The notes under the pieces were generated by a model. That model was not told where the DNA came from. It saw only the letters and a program-made list of their open reading frames with translations, and searched no databases. Position numbers and translations under genes: made by a program. Below are positions 37,424 to 49,959 of a DNA stretch of 64,000 bases, piece after piece. Position 1 is the first letter of the stretch. Each line of letters starts with the position of its first letter. This DNA comes from Squalus acanthias. Taxonomy: Eukaryota. Where the stretch lies: assembly GCA_030390025.1 (NCBI GenBank), contig CM059432.1:147438001-147502000 (forward strand), in the 5' to 3' direction.

Positions 37424-38829
37424 AACTTCTGTCTCCCTCCCTTTTTGAATAAAGGAGTTACATTCGCTATTTTCCAATCTAGTGGAACCTTCCCCGAATC
37501 TAGGGAATTTTGGAAAATTGAAACCAACGCATCAACTATCTCACTAGCCACTTCTTTTAAGACCCTAGGATGAAGTCCATCAGGACCCGGGGACTTGTCA
37601 GCCCGCAGCTCCAACAATTTGCTCAGTACCACTTCCCTGGTGATTATAATTTTCTTGAGTTCCTCCCTCCCTTCCATTTCCTGATTTACAGCTATTTCTG
37701 GGATGTTACTTGTATCCTCTATAGTGAAGACCGATGCAAAATACCTGTTCAATTCAACTGCCATCTCCTTATTTTCCATTATTAATTCCCCAGACTCATT
37801 TTTTATAGCACCAATGCTCACTTTGTTAACTCTTTTCTTTTTTAAATAATCTATAGAAACTCTCATTATCTGTTTTTATATTTCTAGCTAGCTTTCTCTC
37901 GTACTCTAATTTTTCTCTCCTTATTAATCTTTTAGTCATTCTTTGCTGTTTTTTATATTCTGTCCAATCTTCTGACCTGCCACCCATCTTTGTGCAATTA
38001 CATGCTTTTTCTTTAAGTTTAATACTATCTTTAACTTTTTTAGTTAACCACGGATGGTGGGTCGACCCCTTGGAATTTTTCTTTCTTGTTGGAATGTATA
38101 CATTCTGTGTATTTTGAAATATCCCCTGAAATGTCTGCCTCTGCAACTCTATTGACCTATCCCTTAACCTAATTTGCCAGTTCACTTTAGCTAGCTCTGC
38201 TTTCATGCCCTCATAATTGCCCTTATTTAAGTTTAAAATACTAGTCTTGGACCCACTCTTCTCTCTCTCAAACTGAATGTAAAATTCAATCATATTATGA
38301 TCGCTGCTACCTAGGGGCGGCTTCACTATGAGGTAATTAATTAATCCTATCTCATTGCACAATACCAGGTCTAGTATAGCCTGCTCTCTGGTTGGCTCCA
38401 GAACGTGCTGTTCTAAGAAACTATCCCGAAAACATTCCATGAACTCCTCATCTATGCTACCTTTGCCCATCTGATTTTTGCAGTCTATATGCAGATTAAA
38501 ATCCCCCATGATTATTGCCGTACCCTTCTGACAAGCTCCCATTATTTCTTCCTTTATACTCCATCCTACCATGTGGTTACTGTTAGGGGGCCTGTACACC
38601 ACTCCCACAAGTGACTTCTTGCCTTTATTATTTCTCATCTCTGCCCAAACCACTTCTACATCCTGGTTTCCTGAACTTAGGTCATCCCTCTCTATTGTGC
38701 TAATACCATCATTAATTAACAGAGCCACCCCTCCACCTTTTCCCACCTTCCTGAATGTCATGCACCCTTCAATATTCAGGTCCCAATCTATGTCATCCTG
38801 CAGCCATGTTTCTGTAATGGCTATCAGAT
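37424..38829 (-). mobile_element. CR1 ORF2 internal fragment (endonuclease to start of RT)
   Basis: ORFs 37826..38761 and 37381..37866: VYRPP, MGDFN, SDHN, DKSPGPDGLHPRVLKE. A family A TIR remnant follows at 38830-38861. Confidence 0.95.
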
Positions 38830-38877
38830 CAGGGAGGCGCTAACCAACTGAATTTTTCCCCTGGTCTGACACCTGGT

Positions 38878-39420
38878 GAATCACAGAATCATAGAATCAT
38901 AGAAGATAGGAGCAGGAGTAGGCCATTCAGCCCCTCGAGTCTGCTCCACCATTTAATGAGATCATGGCTGATCATCCAAATTCAGTACCCTGTCCCTGCT
39001 TTCTCCCCATATCCCTTGATCCCTTTAGCCTTAAGAAATATATCCAACTCCTTCTTGAATCTATTTAATGAATTGGCCTCTGCTGCCTTCTGTGGTAGAG
39101 AATTCCACAGGTTCACCACTCTCTGGGTGAAGAAATTCCTCCTCATCTCAGTCCTAAATGGCTTACCCCTTATCCTTAGACTGTGACCCCTGGTTCTGGA
39201 CTCCCCGACCATCGGGAACATCCTTCCTGCATCTAGTTTGTCCTGTCCTGTCAGAATTTTATAAGCTTCAATGAGATCCCCTCTCATTCTTCTAAACTCC
39301 AGCGAGTATAAGCCCAATCGACCCAATCTCTCTTCATACGTCATTCCTGCCATCCCAGGTATCAGCCTTGTGAATCTTCGCTGAACTCCTTCCATGGCAA
39401 GAACATCCTTCCTCAGATAA
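38878..39420 (-). mobile_element. CR1 3' end
   Basis: ORF 38982..39395; (ATTCTATG)n tail. Confidence 0.95.
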
Positions 39421-40142
39421 TCTCACAGCACAAGTGAGCAGGGGCAGATAATGGTGGCAGGGACAGCCAAGGAGAAAAGTGTCAGATGGCGCCGTCCGTT
39501 CCAAGCTCTGCTCAGCAGGACAGAGATGTAGAAATCTAGGAGCCAGACATGAAAAGGAGAAGACTGGAGGCAGAAGAACAAATGTGTGAGGTGTTCGCAG
39601 TCCTGACAGGCAATTTGCCCACTGTGGTAGGGAGGATGGAGGAGTCCACTTCCACCACATGTGGGGTGCTTCGCAGTGGTTCTCAACTCTGCAATCCACC
39701 CAGGGACACTGCGGCCGGGACTGGTAGACAGAGCTTGAAACAAATAAGAGGGAGGGAGGGTTCAGCCAAGGGTAAATTTATAAGTCTAAAGAGAAAAGTC
39801 AAGGCTGTAGAGCAGGGTAGTGATTTGGGTAAAATCAAGCTGAGTGTGTCAGGAAGGGACTGTGGGGGTGGAATTCCATATCACTGAAAAGCGGGCGCGG
39901 GCACCACGATGTGCGATATGCCCACGCCCATTCGAGGAGCGCAAGCAGCACGTGAACTTCATGCTGCCTGCTAATTATAATCATTGCAGCGCACAGCCTC
40001 GTAAGCGCTCCTGACAGACCCATGCGCTCAGCATGGGGTCAAAGCTCCCGAGGTTTGAGCGAGGCTGGCTCGCCCCCCATCACTCGCCTACCAACAATCT
40101 CTACCAAACACGGGGCGCACCTCACGCTCCTAGCTTCACCTC
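39421..40142 (+). mobile_element. Patchwork of a Harbinger Myb last-exon piece, a CR1 linker piece (39720-39860) and a Harbinger left arm
   Basis: EEQMCEVFAVLTGNLP..V.RMEESTS; the CR1 piece matches 6015-6125; the arm starts GGGGTGGAATTCC. Confidence 0.65.
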
Positions 40143-41310
40143 GGCCCATTGAGTCCGTGCCAGGCTCTCTGTAGAGCAATCCAGTCAGTCCCACTCCCCC
40201 GCTCTATCCCCGTAGCCCTACAAGTTTCTTTCCCTCAAGTGCCTATCCAGTCTCTCCTTGAAAACATCGAGTGCCTCCGCTTCCACCACTTCCGTCGGCA
40301 GCGAGTTCCAGGTCCTCACCACTCGCTGCATAAAAAAGTTTTTCCTCACATCCCCCCTGTATCTCTTGCCCAAAACCTTAAATCTATGTCTCCTAGTCCT
40401 TGTACTATCAACTAGTAGGAACATCCTTTCCCTGTCTAGCCTATCCAAACCCGTCATAGTATTCTATCAAATCACCCCTCAACCTCCTTTGCTCTAATCA
40501 AAACAAATCCAGCTTCTCCAAACCTGTCCTTGTAGCTAAGATCCCCCATCCCCGGAACCATTCTGGTAAATCTCCTCTGCACCCTCTCAAGGGCCTTCAC
40601 ATCCTTCCTAAAGTGTGGTGACCAGAACTGGACGCAATACTCCAGTTGTGGCCTAACCAATGCTTTATAAAGGTTCAGCATAACTTCTCTACTTTTGTAC
40701 TCAATACCGCTATTTATGAAGCTCAAGATCCCATATGCTTTGCTAACTACTCTCTCAATATGTCCTGCCACCTTCAGGGACCTATGCACATTAACTCCCA
40801 GGTCTCTCTGTCCCTGGACACTCTTTAAAACTGTGCCATTAAGTGTATATTGTCCTCTCCCTGTTCCTTCTGCCAAAATGCATCACCTCACACTTCTCTG
40901 TATTAAATTCCATCTGCCACTTGTCTGCCCATTCTGCTAGCCTTTCTATGTCCTGTTGCAGTCGATTGGTATCATCTTCACTGTTTGCCACACCCCCAAG
41001 TTTGGTGTCATTGGCAAATTTAGAAATTCTACTCTGTATTCCAATATCCAGGTCATTTATATATATCAAACAAAGCAATGGCCCTAGCACTGACCCTTGG
41101 GGAACACCACTGTCTACCATCCTCCAGTCTGAAAAACAGCCATTTACCACAACTCACTGTTTTCTGTCCTTAAGCCAATTCCTTATCTAAGCTGCCACTG
41201 ATCCACCTATTCCATGAGCCTCAATTTTGTTAACCAGCCTTCCATGTGGTACTTTGTCAAACGCCTTCTGAAAATCCATGTAGACAACATCCATTGCATT
41301 CCCTCTTCAT
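40143..41310 (-). mobile_element. CR1 RT C-terminal half
   Basis: [41 protein letters not shown]. Confidence 0.95.
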
Positions 41311-41399
41311 TCCATTCTATCCTAACCTTCACCAGGATGTTCTTGGTGGTGACACTGGGTAAAAGATATGCTAAAGTATTCCATTCCACAGCTTTGGGT

Positions 41400-41625
41400 C
41401 TGTCACTGACACTAACACTGGCACAGATGGTAACATTGGCACTGACTGGCACTGACACTGGCACGAGCACTGAAACTTGTTGCCACTGGCATTGACATCA
41501 ATTCTCGCACATTCAATTACATGGACTGATACTGGCACTCACACTAGCACTGGCATTGGCACTGACTATGTCACTGGTACTAACACTGATGCCAGCAAAG
41601 ACACTAGCCCTGAGACTGACACTAA
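41400..41625. repeat. Degenerate hexamer repeat (ACTGGC/ACTGAC)n
   Basis: Repeated GCACTG/ACACTG units. Confidence 0.75.
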
Positions 41626-42058
41626 TACTGTTTACTATTTATAAGACTTCATATAAAGCAAGGGTAAACGGGTCCTTAGAAATCAGGAATGAACAGCGCC
41701 AGTCTTGGCTTGTGCGACATGAGAGCAAGAGCAAAGACGAGTCAGACCAAAAGGGCCAGGGAAAGCCAGGTTCTGTTGCTGAGCAGCTCACACAGTTCTA
41801 GGTCGTATCCTGTTGCTAAGGTAATGATGTGATAAAAGCTACTAATGAGCGAGCTTTGGAATACACAAAAAATCACAAAGCGTCTTGGGCCTGCTCTTTA
41901 TCTGTCTGCTCATTTCACAGACCACCCGGGGTGACACGAATTCTATTAAAATGCAGCAGGTTTTTCCCACAGAATTGTAGTTGAAACAAGTGAAAACCAA
42001 ACAGTTTAAAATAAACAGGTTCACACCTCTGTTTAAATAGGGGACAGAGGAATGTCAT

Positions 42059-42201
42059 CAATGTTCCCTTTAATTATTTGGGAGGTACGCGGCCCCTTCA
42101 AAATACCGCGCATGTGCGTTTTATCCTATTTGAAAGCGTGTGAGCTGGCTGCGTGGGGGCTGCAGAGCGTTGCGCGGCATCGCACCTTATCGGGAACATT
42201 G
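42059..42201. mobile_element. 143-bp hAT-like MITE
   Basis: TIRs CAATGTTCCC and GGGAACATTG; 8-bp flanks AATGTCAT and AATGGCGT match at 6 of 8. Confidence 0.7.
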
Positions 42202-43480
42202 AATGGCGTATAAATGTGCCGAGCATTGATGTGATATTAACAGTCATTTCTAAATTCTTACTGTTCAGAGTGATGCACCACAAAGTAGGCCGGAATGACT
42301 GGTTGTCATCATAATGAGTGACATTTGGCAAAGCTGAATTTGGTTGCTATGCTGTGTATTTACTTAGGTAAGTATACATTTAGAATTCATAAATGTAGAT
42401 GGCACAGTGATAGACCATTCCTCCCTGTTACTCAGGTAATGTTGTGATAAAATCTTCTAATGAGCAGCTTTGAATTACGTAATAATCATGAAGTATCCTG
42501 GGCCCTGTGTCCTGGCAGGGGTGTGACAGTGCAATCCAAGTATGAGCTCCAAGACAGATGACAGGACCAAAACAGAAAGCTGTTTTTTAAAATTATTATT
42601 AGTCTTTTTATTTTTATTATCAATAAAGACTTATAAACAAAACCAGATTTAAAAAGAGAGGAGGTAGATTCTTAAGCAATCAAGGTTCTGTGTTCCATAA
42701 TACACATTAGCTGATAATAAGGAGAATGTCTTATTATCGTGAGTCCTCAACAACTGATGTTTAGTGATTTCACATTATTCCTCTACAATTAATAGTTCAA
42801 CATAGAAATGTTAACTAGGGAACAGTCTATTTTAGATCTAGTAGTGTAGAATGAAATAGTAATCTTATAGTAAGGGATCCTCCGGAGGAAGAGGGATCAT
42901 AAAACAAAATAATTTCACATTGAGTTTGAGAGTGATGTGGTTAAGTCCGAAACTGGGGTGTTAAATTTAAACAAAGCCAATTACGTAGGTATCAGGAGCG
43001 AATTGGCTGAAGTAGATTGGGAAATTAGATTAAAAGATATGATAGTAGATAAGCAGTGGCAAACATTTAAGGAAATAAGTCATAATTTTCAACGAGTATA
43101 CATTCCCTTGAGGAATAAAAATACCATGGGAAAAGTGGCTAACCAGAAAATTAAGGATAGTATTAGATTAAAAGAAGAGGCTTACAATGTTGCCAAAAAG
43201 AGTAGCAAGCTTGAGGATTGTGAAAGTTTTAGAAATCAGCAAAGGATGACCAAGAAATTGATAAAGAGGGAGAAAATAGAATATGAGAGTAAATTAGAAA
43301 GAAATATTGAAACAGATTGTAAGAGCTTCTACAAGTCGGTAAAGGGAAGAGATTAGTGAAAGTAAACATGGGTCCCTTAGAGGCAGAGACAGGAGAAATT
43401 ATAATGGGGATTAAGGAAATGTTTTGTATCTGTCTTCACTGTAGAAGACACAAAAAACATACCGGAAATAGTGGGAACCA

Positions 43481-43836
43481 AAAACAACAACAACTTGTAT
43501 TTATATGGCACCTTTAACAGAGTAAAACATCCTAAGGTGCTTCACAGGAGCATTATCAAACAAAATTTGACACCAAACCACATAAGGAGATATTAGGGTA
43601 GATGACCAAAAACTTAGTCAAAGAGGTAGGTTTTAAGGAGCGTCTTAAAGGAGGAAAGAGAGATAGAGTGGCAGAGAGGTTTGGGAGGAAATTCCAGTAC
43701 TTAGGGTCTTGGCAGCTGAAGGCACAGCCACAAATGGTGGTGTGATTAAAATCAGGGATGCTCAAAAGGCCAGAATTGGAGGAGAGCAGATATCTTGGAG
43801 GGTTGTAGAGCTGGCGGAGGTTACAGAGAATTGGAG
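43481..43836 (-). mobile_element. L2-type LINE 3' end
   Basis: (CAA)n tail; matches 30128-30488. Confidence 0.85.
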
Positions 43837-45062
43837 GGTCTAATGAGAGTGAGGAACTTAAAGTAATTAACATTAGTAAAGAAAACGTACTGGAGAGGTT
43901 AATGGGACTAAAAGGCAATAAATCCCCTGGACCTAGTGGTCTACATTCTAGGGTTTTAAAAGAGGTGGCTGCAGAGATAGTGGATGCATTGGTTTTGATC
44001 TTCCAAAAATCCTTAGATTCTAGAACAGTCCCCGTTATTCAAGAAAGGAGGGAGAGAGAAAATAAGGAACTACAGGCCAGTTAGCCTGACATCAGTAGCA
44101 GGGAAAATGATAGACTTGTATTGTTAGGGACATGGCAACAGGGTACTTAGAAAATCATAATATGATTGGGCAGAGTCAACATGGTTTTATGAAAGGGAAA
44201 TCATGTTTGACTAATCTATTAGAGTTTTTTGAGGGTGTATCTAGAAGGGTAGATAAAGGGGAACCCGTGGATGTAGTATATTTGGATTTTCAAAAGGCAT
44301 TCAATAAGGTGCCACGCAAGAAGTTTTTACACAAGATTACTGCTCATGGGATTGGGGGTAATATACTAGCATGGATTGAGGATTGGTTAACAGACAGAAA
44401 ACAGAGAGTAGGAATAAACGGGTCATTTTCAGGTTGGCAGGTTGCAACTAGTGGGGTACCGCAAGGATCAGTGCTTGGGCCTCAGCTATTTACAATCTAT
44501 ATTAATGACCTAGATGAGGGGACTGAGTATAATGTATCGAAGTTTGCTGACAATACAAAGCCAGGTGGGAAAGAAAGCTGTGAGGAGAACACAAAGAGGC
44601 TGCAAAGGGATATAGACCGGGTTAAGTGATTGGGCAAGAAATGGCAGATGCAGTATAATGTGGGGAAATGTGAAATTATCCACTTTGGTAGGAAGAATAG
44701 AAAAGCAGAATGTATTTTAAAAGATCAGAGATTATTAAATGTTGATATGCAGAGAGATCTGGCTGTCCTTGTACACGAATCACAAAAAGTTAACATGCAG
44801 TTACAGCAAGTAATTAGGAAGGCAAATGGTACGTTGGCCTTTATTGAAAAGGGGTTGGAGTATAAGAGTAAGGAAGTCTTGCTGCAATTACATCGGGCTT
44901 TGTTGAGACCACACCTGGAGTACTGTGTACAATTTTAGCCTCCTTAACAAAGAAAGGATATTCTTGCCTTAGAGGGGGTGTAACAAAGGTTCACTAGAGT
45001 GATTCCTAGGATGAGAGAGTTGTCCAATGAGGAGAGCTTGAGTAGAATGGGCTTATATTATG

Positions 45063-45461
45063 AACATAAGAACATAAGAAATAGGAGCAGGCGTAGGCCA
45101 TTCGGCCCTTCGAGCCTGCTCCTTTATTCAATAAGATCATGGCTGATCTTCTACCTCAACTCCACTCTCCTGCACTGTCCCCATATTCCTTGATTCCCTT
45201 AATATCCAAAAATCTATCGCTCTCTGCCTTGAATATATTCAATGACTGAGCCTCCACAGCCCTCTGGGGAAGAGGATGCCAAAGATTCACCACCCTCTGA
45301 GTGAAGAAATTTCTCCTCATCTCAGTCCTAAATGGCTGACCCCTTATTCTGAGACTGTGACTCCTGGTTCTAGACTCCCCAGCCAGGGGAAACATCCTCC
45401 CTGCATCTACTCTGTCAAGCCCTGTAAGGATTTTGTATTTTTCAATGAGATCCCTCTCATT
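45063..45461 (-). mobile_element. CR1 3' end
   Basis: ORF 45156..45395; (AACATAAG)n tail. Confidence 0.93.
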
Positions 45462-45888
45462 GTTCTATTCGCTGGATAAAATTCTTCGAGGGCTTGATAG
45501 GGTAGATGTTGATGGAAAACACTTGGTCCCATTAAGGACCGCTGGTTAGGCTACATGTGGACTTAGTTAGCCTGAGCACAGCAGACCCAGTGCTGGCTGC
45601 GGTCAGGGCAGCCCAATTTCAGGAAGGAGTCTTCAAACAGGCATTAGGTCCCCTATTTGCATCTGCACACCTGTTTCCGGCATGGGCCCTGGTCATCTAT
45701 ATTGGAGTATTTAACAATATGGTGGCACCGGGAGCCAGGAGCAGCAGCAGTAATGCGGTGAGTGGCAGAAGTGCAAGGAGAGGAGCAGCCAGTAAAGGGG
45801 CAAGTGAAACCTGGTACATTACTGTGGGTAAATAGTGAAAGATTCTTTGCACTGGTGGGTCAATGAAGAACAAGGAGACAGAGACTTA

Positions 45889-46782
45889 GGGGTAACAATT
45901 CAGTTGGATTGCACCTCCCGTTAGCGTCTTAAGAGGACGCTAATGGGGCGCAAAGCAACTAGCGCCTGTGCGTGGCGATGTTTGCGCCGCTCACGAAATT
46001 AACTAGACATTTTGTGGCAGCGCTAAGCACTACCGCCACGATCTCCTGCGCCGGCCGATCGTGACATCAGTCGAGAGTGCAACGCCCCGGTAGCGCCCCG
46101 GACCGGATATTGAGTGGCGACCCCTGTCTTACCGCCTGCCGCTAGCAATGACAGGTTGAGGGGAGCGTTTTGCAGTCAGGAAGGGACTGGGGGAGCGTTA
46201 TTTAAAGGCGACCACTTCCTGCCTTTTTTTGTCGGCGAAATTTTTGCACCACGCATTCTGAGTGAGAGAGAGAGACTGCAGGAGATATTCAAAGCTGTGT
46301 TGAGGAGTTTTGGGTACTGAGCAGCACTTTGCAGGTTCTTTCTGGTTTGATCTTCCTTGCATAGATTTAGAAGAGAATATGGGGGCTACAGTCTGAGCTC
46401 TTTCCCTGGGCCTCTCCATTGTTCTTTCCAGCAGATTTGATGTACAGGTCTCTCCAGGCCGAGATTCAAGGCTGCAATGAGCAGGATGTGGATGGAGAGC
46501 AAGATCAACCCTCCCCTTTAAGAACTGGCCGGCACCATTGTGTGTCTGTGTTCCATTGCTGACTGACATCACATGAGCTTCACCAGCGCTCTGAGGTAAT
46601 GCCTCGCTCCTCGGCCTTTGCGCCTTAAGACAGGTGTGTAGCGCCTGATTTAGCGCTCCAATCACCTCCAGGGGCGATAAAAGTCAAGTTTGCAGTCGGA
46701 GGCGATAATTAGCGCCAGGCGCTAAACTTTGCGCATGGCCAATAATGGCGCCCCAAACGGGGCGATACTGAATTTTTCCCCC
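45889..46782. mobile_element. Harbinger MITE family A, complete and inverted relative to 17363-18351
   Basis: TIRs GGGGTAACAATTCAGT and ACTGAATTTTTCCCCC; flanks TTA and TAA. Confidence 0.9.
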
Positions 46783-47056
46783 TAAGAATTCTCACTGAAG
46801 CACCAAGAAGGAAGGGAGGTGGAAGGGTTTTGAACTGAGGGCCATGGGACCATGCGATGCTTCACCACAAGTGGCTACTGAGGCAGAGATTAGAACATCA
46901 TTTAAAAGGGATTGGAATAAGTATATGAAAAGGAGGAATAGAATATGATCTGGGAGAGAATAGGGTTACAGGAGAAAGCGCCAGCACTGGCACAGACACC
47001 GGGGGGCTGAATGGTCTCATCCTGTGCTGTAATTTCTAGCATTCATGAAAACGTTC

Positions 47057-47865
47057 TGTAAGCTGCTGTACACGTAATAAAACCGCTGCTACCGTGTGGA
47101 GATCGAAATTGCGAACAGATTGTGAGATAACGGACGGATTCAAAATGGAGAAGTCAGCATGTGGTCCTTTGTAAGGATTCAAAATGGAGGGGGTCAGCAT
47201 GTGGTCCTTTGTTTGGAAGACCACATGAAAAGGAAGGGGAGGCACCGGATGAAGAGGGAGGCACCGGATGAAGAGGAAGTCCTGCCCCCCACACACATCA
47301 CAGGAACATGAATGCGTCATGCAGAAGGAACTCCAATCAGGGAAGGTTGGGAGTGAAACTGACCTATCAGAGGGCTGCAGACGAAGATATACAAGGGGGC
47401 CCATGCAGGAGGGCACAATAAAGGAAAAACACGAAGTGGGAAAATTCAAAAAGGGACAAAGAAAGCTGTTTGACTGGCCAGTCGACATCTGCAGCCTACC
47501 ACTTTTTTCAGACTGATCACCCGTGGAGGAGTGTATGTATGTATGGAAGTCAGACATAGAGCACATAAATTGCTAAAGTAAACTGTAGAGCATATAAATT
47601 GCTAAAATAAACTATATTGCTGGGGATACTTTTACGTATGTTTGACTAAACTGTGGAGCATATGAATTGCTGGGGGTACTTTTATGTACGAAATTGTGGG
47701 CATATATATTGCCAGGATGAATGAATAAACTGTGGGCATATACATTGCCGAGGGTGCTTCTATGTACGCTTGAATTTTTAAACTGTAGTGTGAATAAAGA
47801 TCATTTTATTTATAGCAAACTTATCTGTTATTGTTACGCTTACTTGTAATTCTCGAAGTCCGAAC
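47057..47865 (+). mobile_element. Possible solo LTR
   Basis: Candidate TG starts at 47057, 47121 or 47170; ends ...CGAACA; AATAAA near 47793; internal direct repeats. No TSD identified. Confidence 0.45.
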
Positions 47866-48164
47866 AGTAGTAGGAGAAAGTCCTACAGTTCCTTTATTGA
47901 GGCCAAGCCCATGGAATGGTTTAGAAATGTTAGTGCTGAACTAGGTTTAGGATGAGGTGCCCTGTGAGAAGTGCCCCAAACACTCCAGTTCAGAGTTGTC
48001 ACCTTCATGTAGAACCTGAGTCCAAACCAGAGTCCAAGGAGATGGGGAAGAAGATGGGGTCTGTTAAAAGTGGCATCAGCTGGGGAGGCTGGCCATATCT
48101 TGTGCAGTACAGGGGGGTTCTGGTGTAGTTACATGATGATTATCAGCAGGTTATAGGATCACTA

Positions 48165-48576
48165 CTTCTTCTTCTTAGGCAGTCCCTCGGAACCGAGGAT
48201 GACTTGCTTCCACACTAAAAATGAGTTCTCAGGTGACTGAGGAGTCCAATGCGGGACCTACAGTCTCTGTCACAGATGGCGCAGACGGTGGTTGAAGGGG
48301 GCGGGTGGGTGGGGTGCTGGGGTTGACGTGCACTCCTTCCGCTGTTTGCGCTTGGCTTCCGCTTGCTCCCGGCGACGAGACTCGAGGTGTTCGGCGCCTG
48401 CCCGGATGCTTCTCCTCCACTTTGTGCGGTCTTGGGCCAGGGATTCCCAGGTGTCGGTGGGGATGTTGCACTTTTTCAAGGAGGCTTTGAGGGTGTCCTT
48501 GAAGCATTTCCTCTGCCCACCTGGGGCTCTCTTGCCATGTCGGAGCTCCGAGTAGAGCGCTTGTTTTGGGAGTCTC
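48165..48576 (-). mobile_element. RTE-clade LINE 3' end
   Basis: Near-identical to 18622-19082; RLPKQALYSEL...WESLAQDRTKWR. Confidence 0.9.
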
Positions 48577-49489
48577 ATAAGGATTACTACTATTGTTACA
48601 CCTATTGCTACCAGTTACGTATAGACTATCAATGAGCTATTGTATTAGTGTTAGTTATGAGGTGATTAGTATTACCAATATTACTTTAATTATCAGTGCA
48701 ATTTCAGTGATTTACTATTATTTACTGGTGGAACCAAAGTTGCTCCTCCCTCTGGTTTCCCCTCTGCGAATCATTCCCCCATCTTCAGTTTACCCTCTTC
48801 CCCACCCTTGGTTTTCCTTATTCGTCTGCTTGTGCAAGATAGTTCTTGGGAACTTCTCGCACAACAGCTGCCGGCGCGAAACCACCAGCCAAGATGCTCA
48901 ACTGCAGGGGACTCAGCCTTCACATGGTAAATGCATTTGCAGATGCCACCGGTTCAGATGTCATGTGATCAAGCGTCATGTGGTCAGGGCATCAAGCGAT
49001 CCGATGTCATGTGATGTGACGTCACGTAGTCTGATGTCATACGGTCGGACCGTCGTGCAATCAAACCACCAGGAATGCCTCCAGCCGGAGTTGGCAACCT
49101 TGGGCTTCACCCCTACCCCGACTGCGATTGTGTTCATAGCTCCCCTCCCCCAAACCGCTGGCCTCACCTCATTTCCGGGCGGAAGTTAGGCCTGGAGTAT
49201 AGAAATGAAGCCCGAGAGGTAAAATGGCCCGGGTCTCACACCCCAAGTTAAAATTAGGGCAATAATGTAGGAATGAAACCTTTCAGCCTGCACCTCACCG
49301 CCTGTTTTTCATCTTTTTCCTACTTTTTCCTACATATTTGTCTGTAATCTATGCCAAACCAGGAAGGGACCTCCACTGACCCAGCTTTTACAGTTTCTAG
49401 GAGACTATTTCATAGGGGAAAAAAATCATTTCTTAAATTAAGTCCAGCTTATGAGGTTTCTCTTTTTCTGACTCGCCTTATTTAACCAT

Positions 49490-49820
49490 TTACCCTCCTC
49501 TTCTCTCTGTAGCCTTCCCGTCCTATTCTCTCTTACCCTTCATCCCCTTCTCCTCCCCAACTCGCTCCTCCTTCCCACCTCCACCTCCCCTTTCCCTTCC
49601 CACTCACCCACCTGCCTCACCCACCCACTTCACCCTCCTTCCCCTTCTGTTCCCTCTCCCCATTCCGCATCACCATTCCCTCATCTCCATCACTCCTCTC
49701 CTCACCTCCCCTGCCCCTTCCCCTTCTTTTCCCTCATCAACTCTCCCTCCATTTCCTCACCACGCTCTTCCCTCCATCTCACTTTTCCCCACTCCCCTCC
49801 ACCCCCCCGCCCCCCCCACA
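49490..49820. repeat. Polypyrimidine low-complexity tract
   Basis: Almost only C and T on the + strand. Confidence 0.85.
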
Positions 49821-49959
49821 TAACCTCTTGTTTGACTTCAATAGAAAAAAAAATTGGGAGCGATGCAAAATGGGCTGCCGAATCACTAGCACCTGTTTTA
49901 CACTATCACACGGTCAAAATTACCCCCCACACCCTTCCCCCGTATGCACAATCATGGGA

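Larger units (their letters stand above)
42813..45512 (+). mobile_element. Decayed CR1 ORF2 with nested L2 (43481-43836) and CR1 (45063-45461)
   Basis: [41 protein letters not shown]; the sequence resumes after each insertion. Confidence 0.93.

Noticed and set aside
33878..38829. 37424-38829 and 33878-35550 as one split CR1
   Set aside because: They overlap in ORF2 coordinates with clearly different sequences, so they are different subfamilies.
48593..49189. 198-aa hydrophobic ORF
   Set aside because: It spans AT-rich low-complexity and repeat-like sequence with no domain signature.
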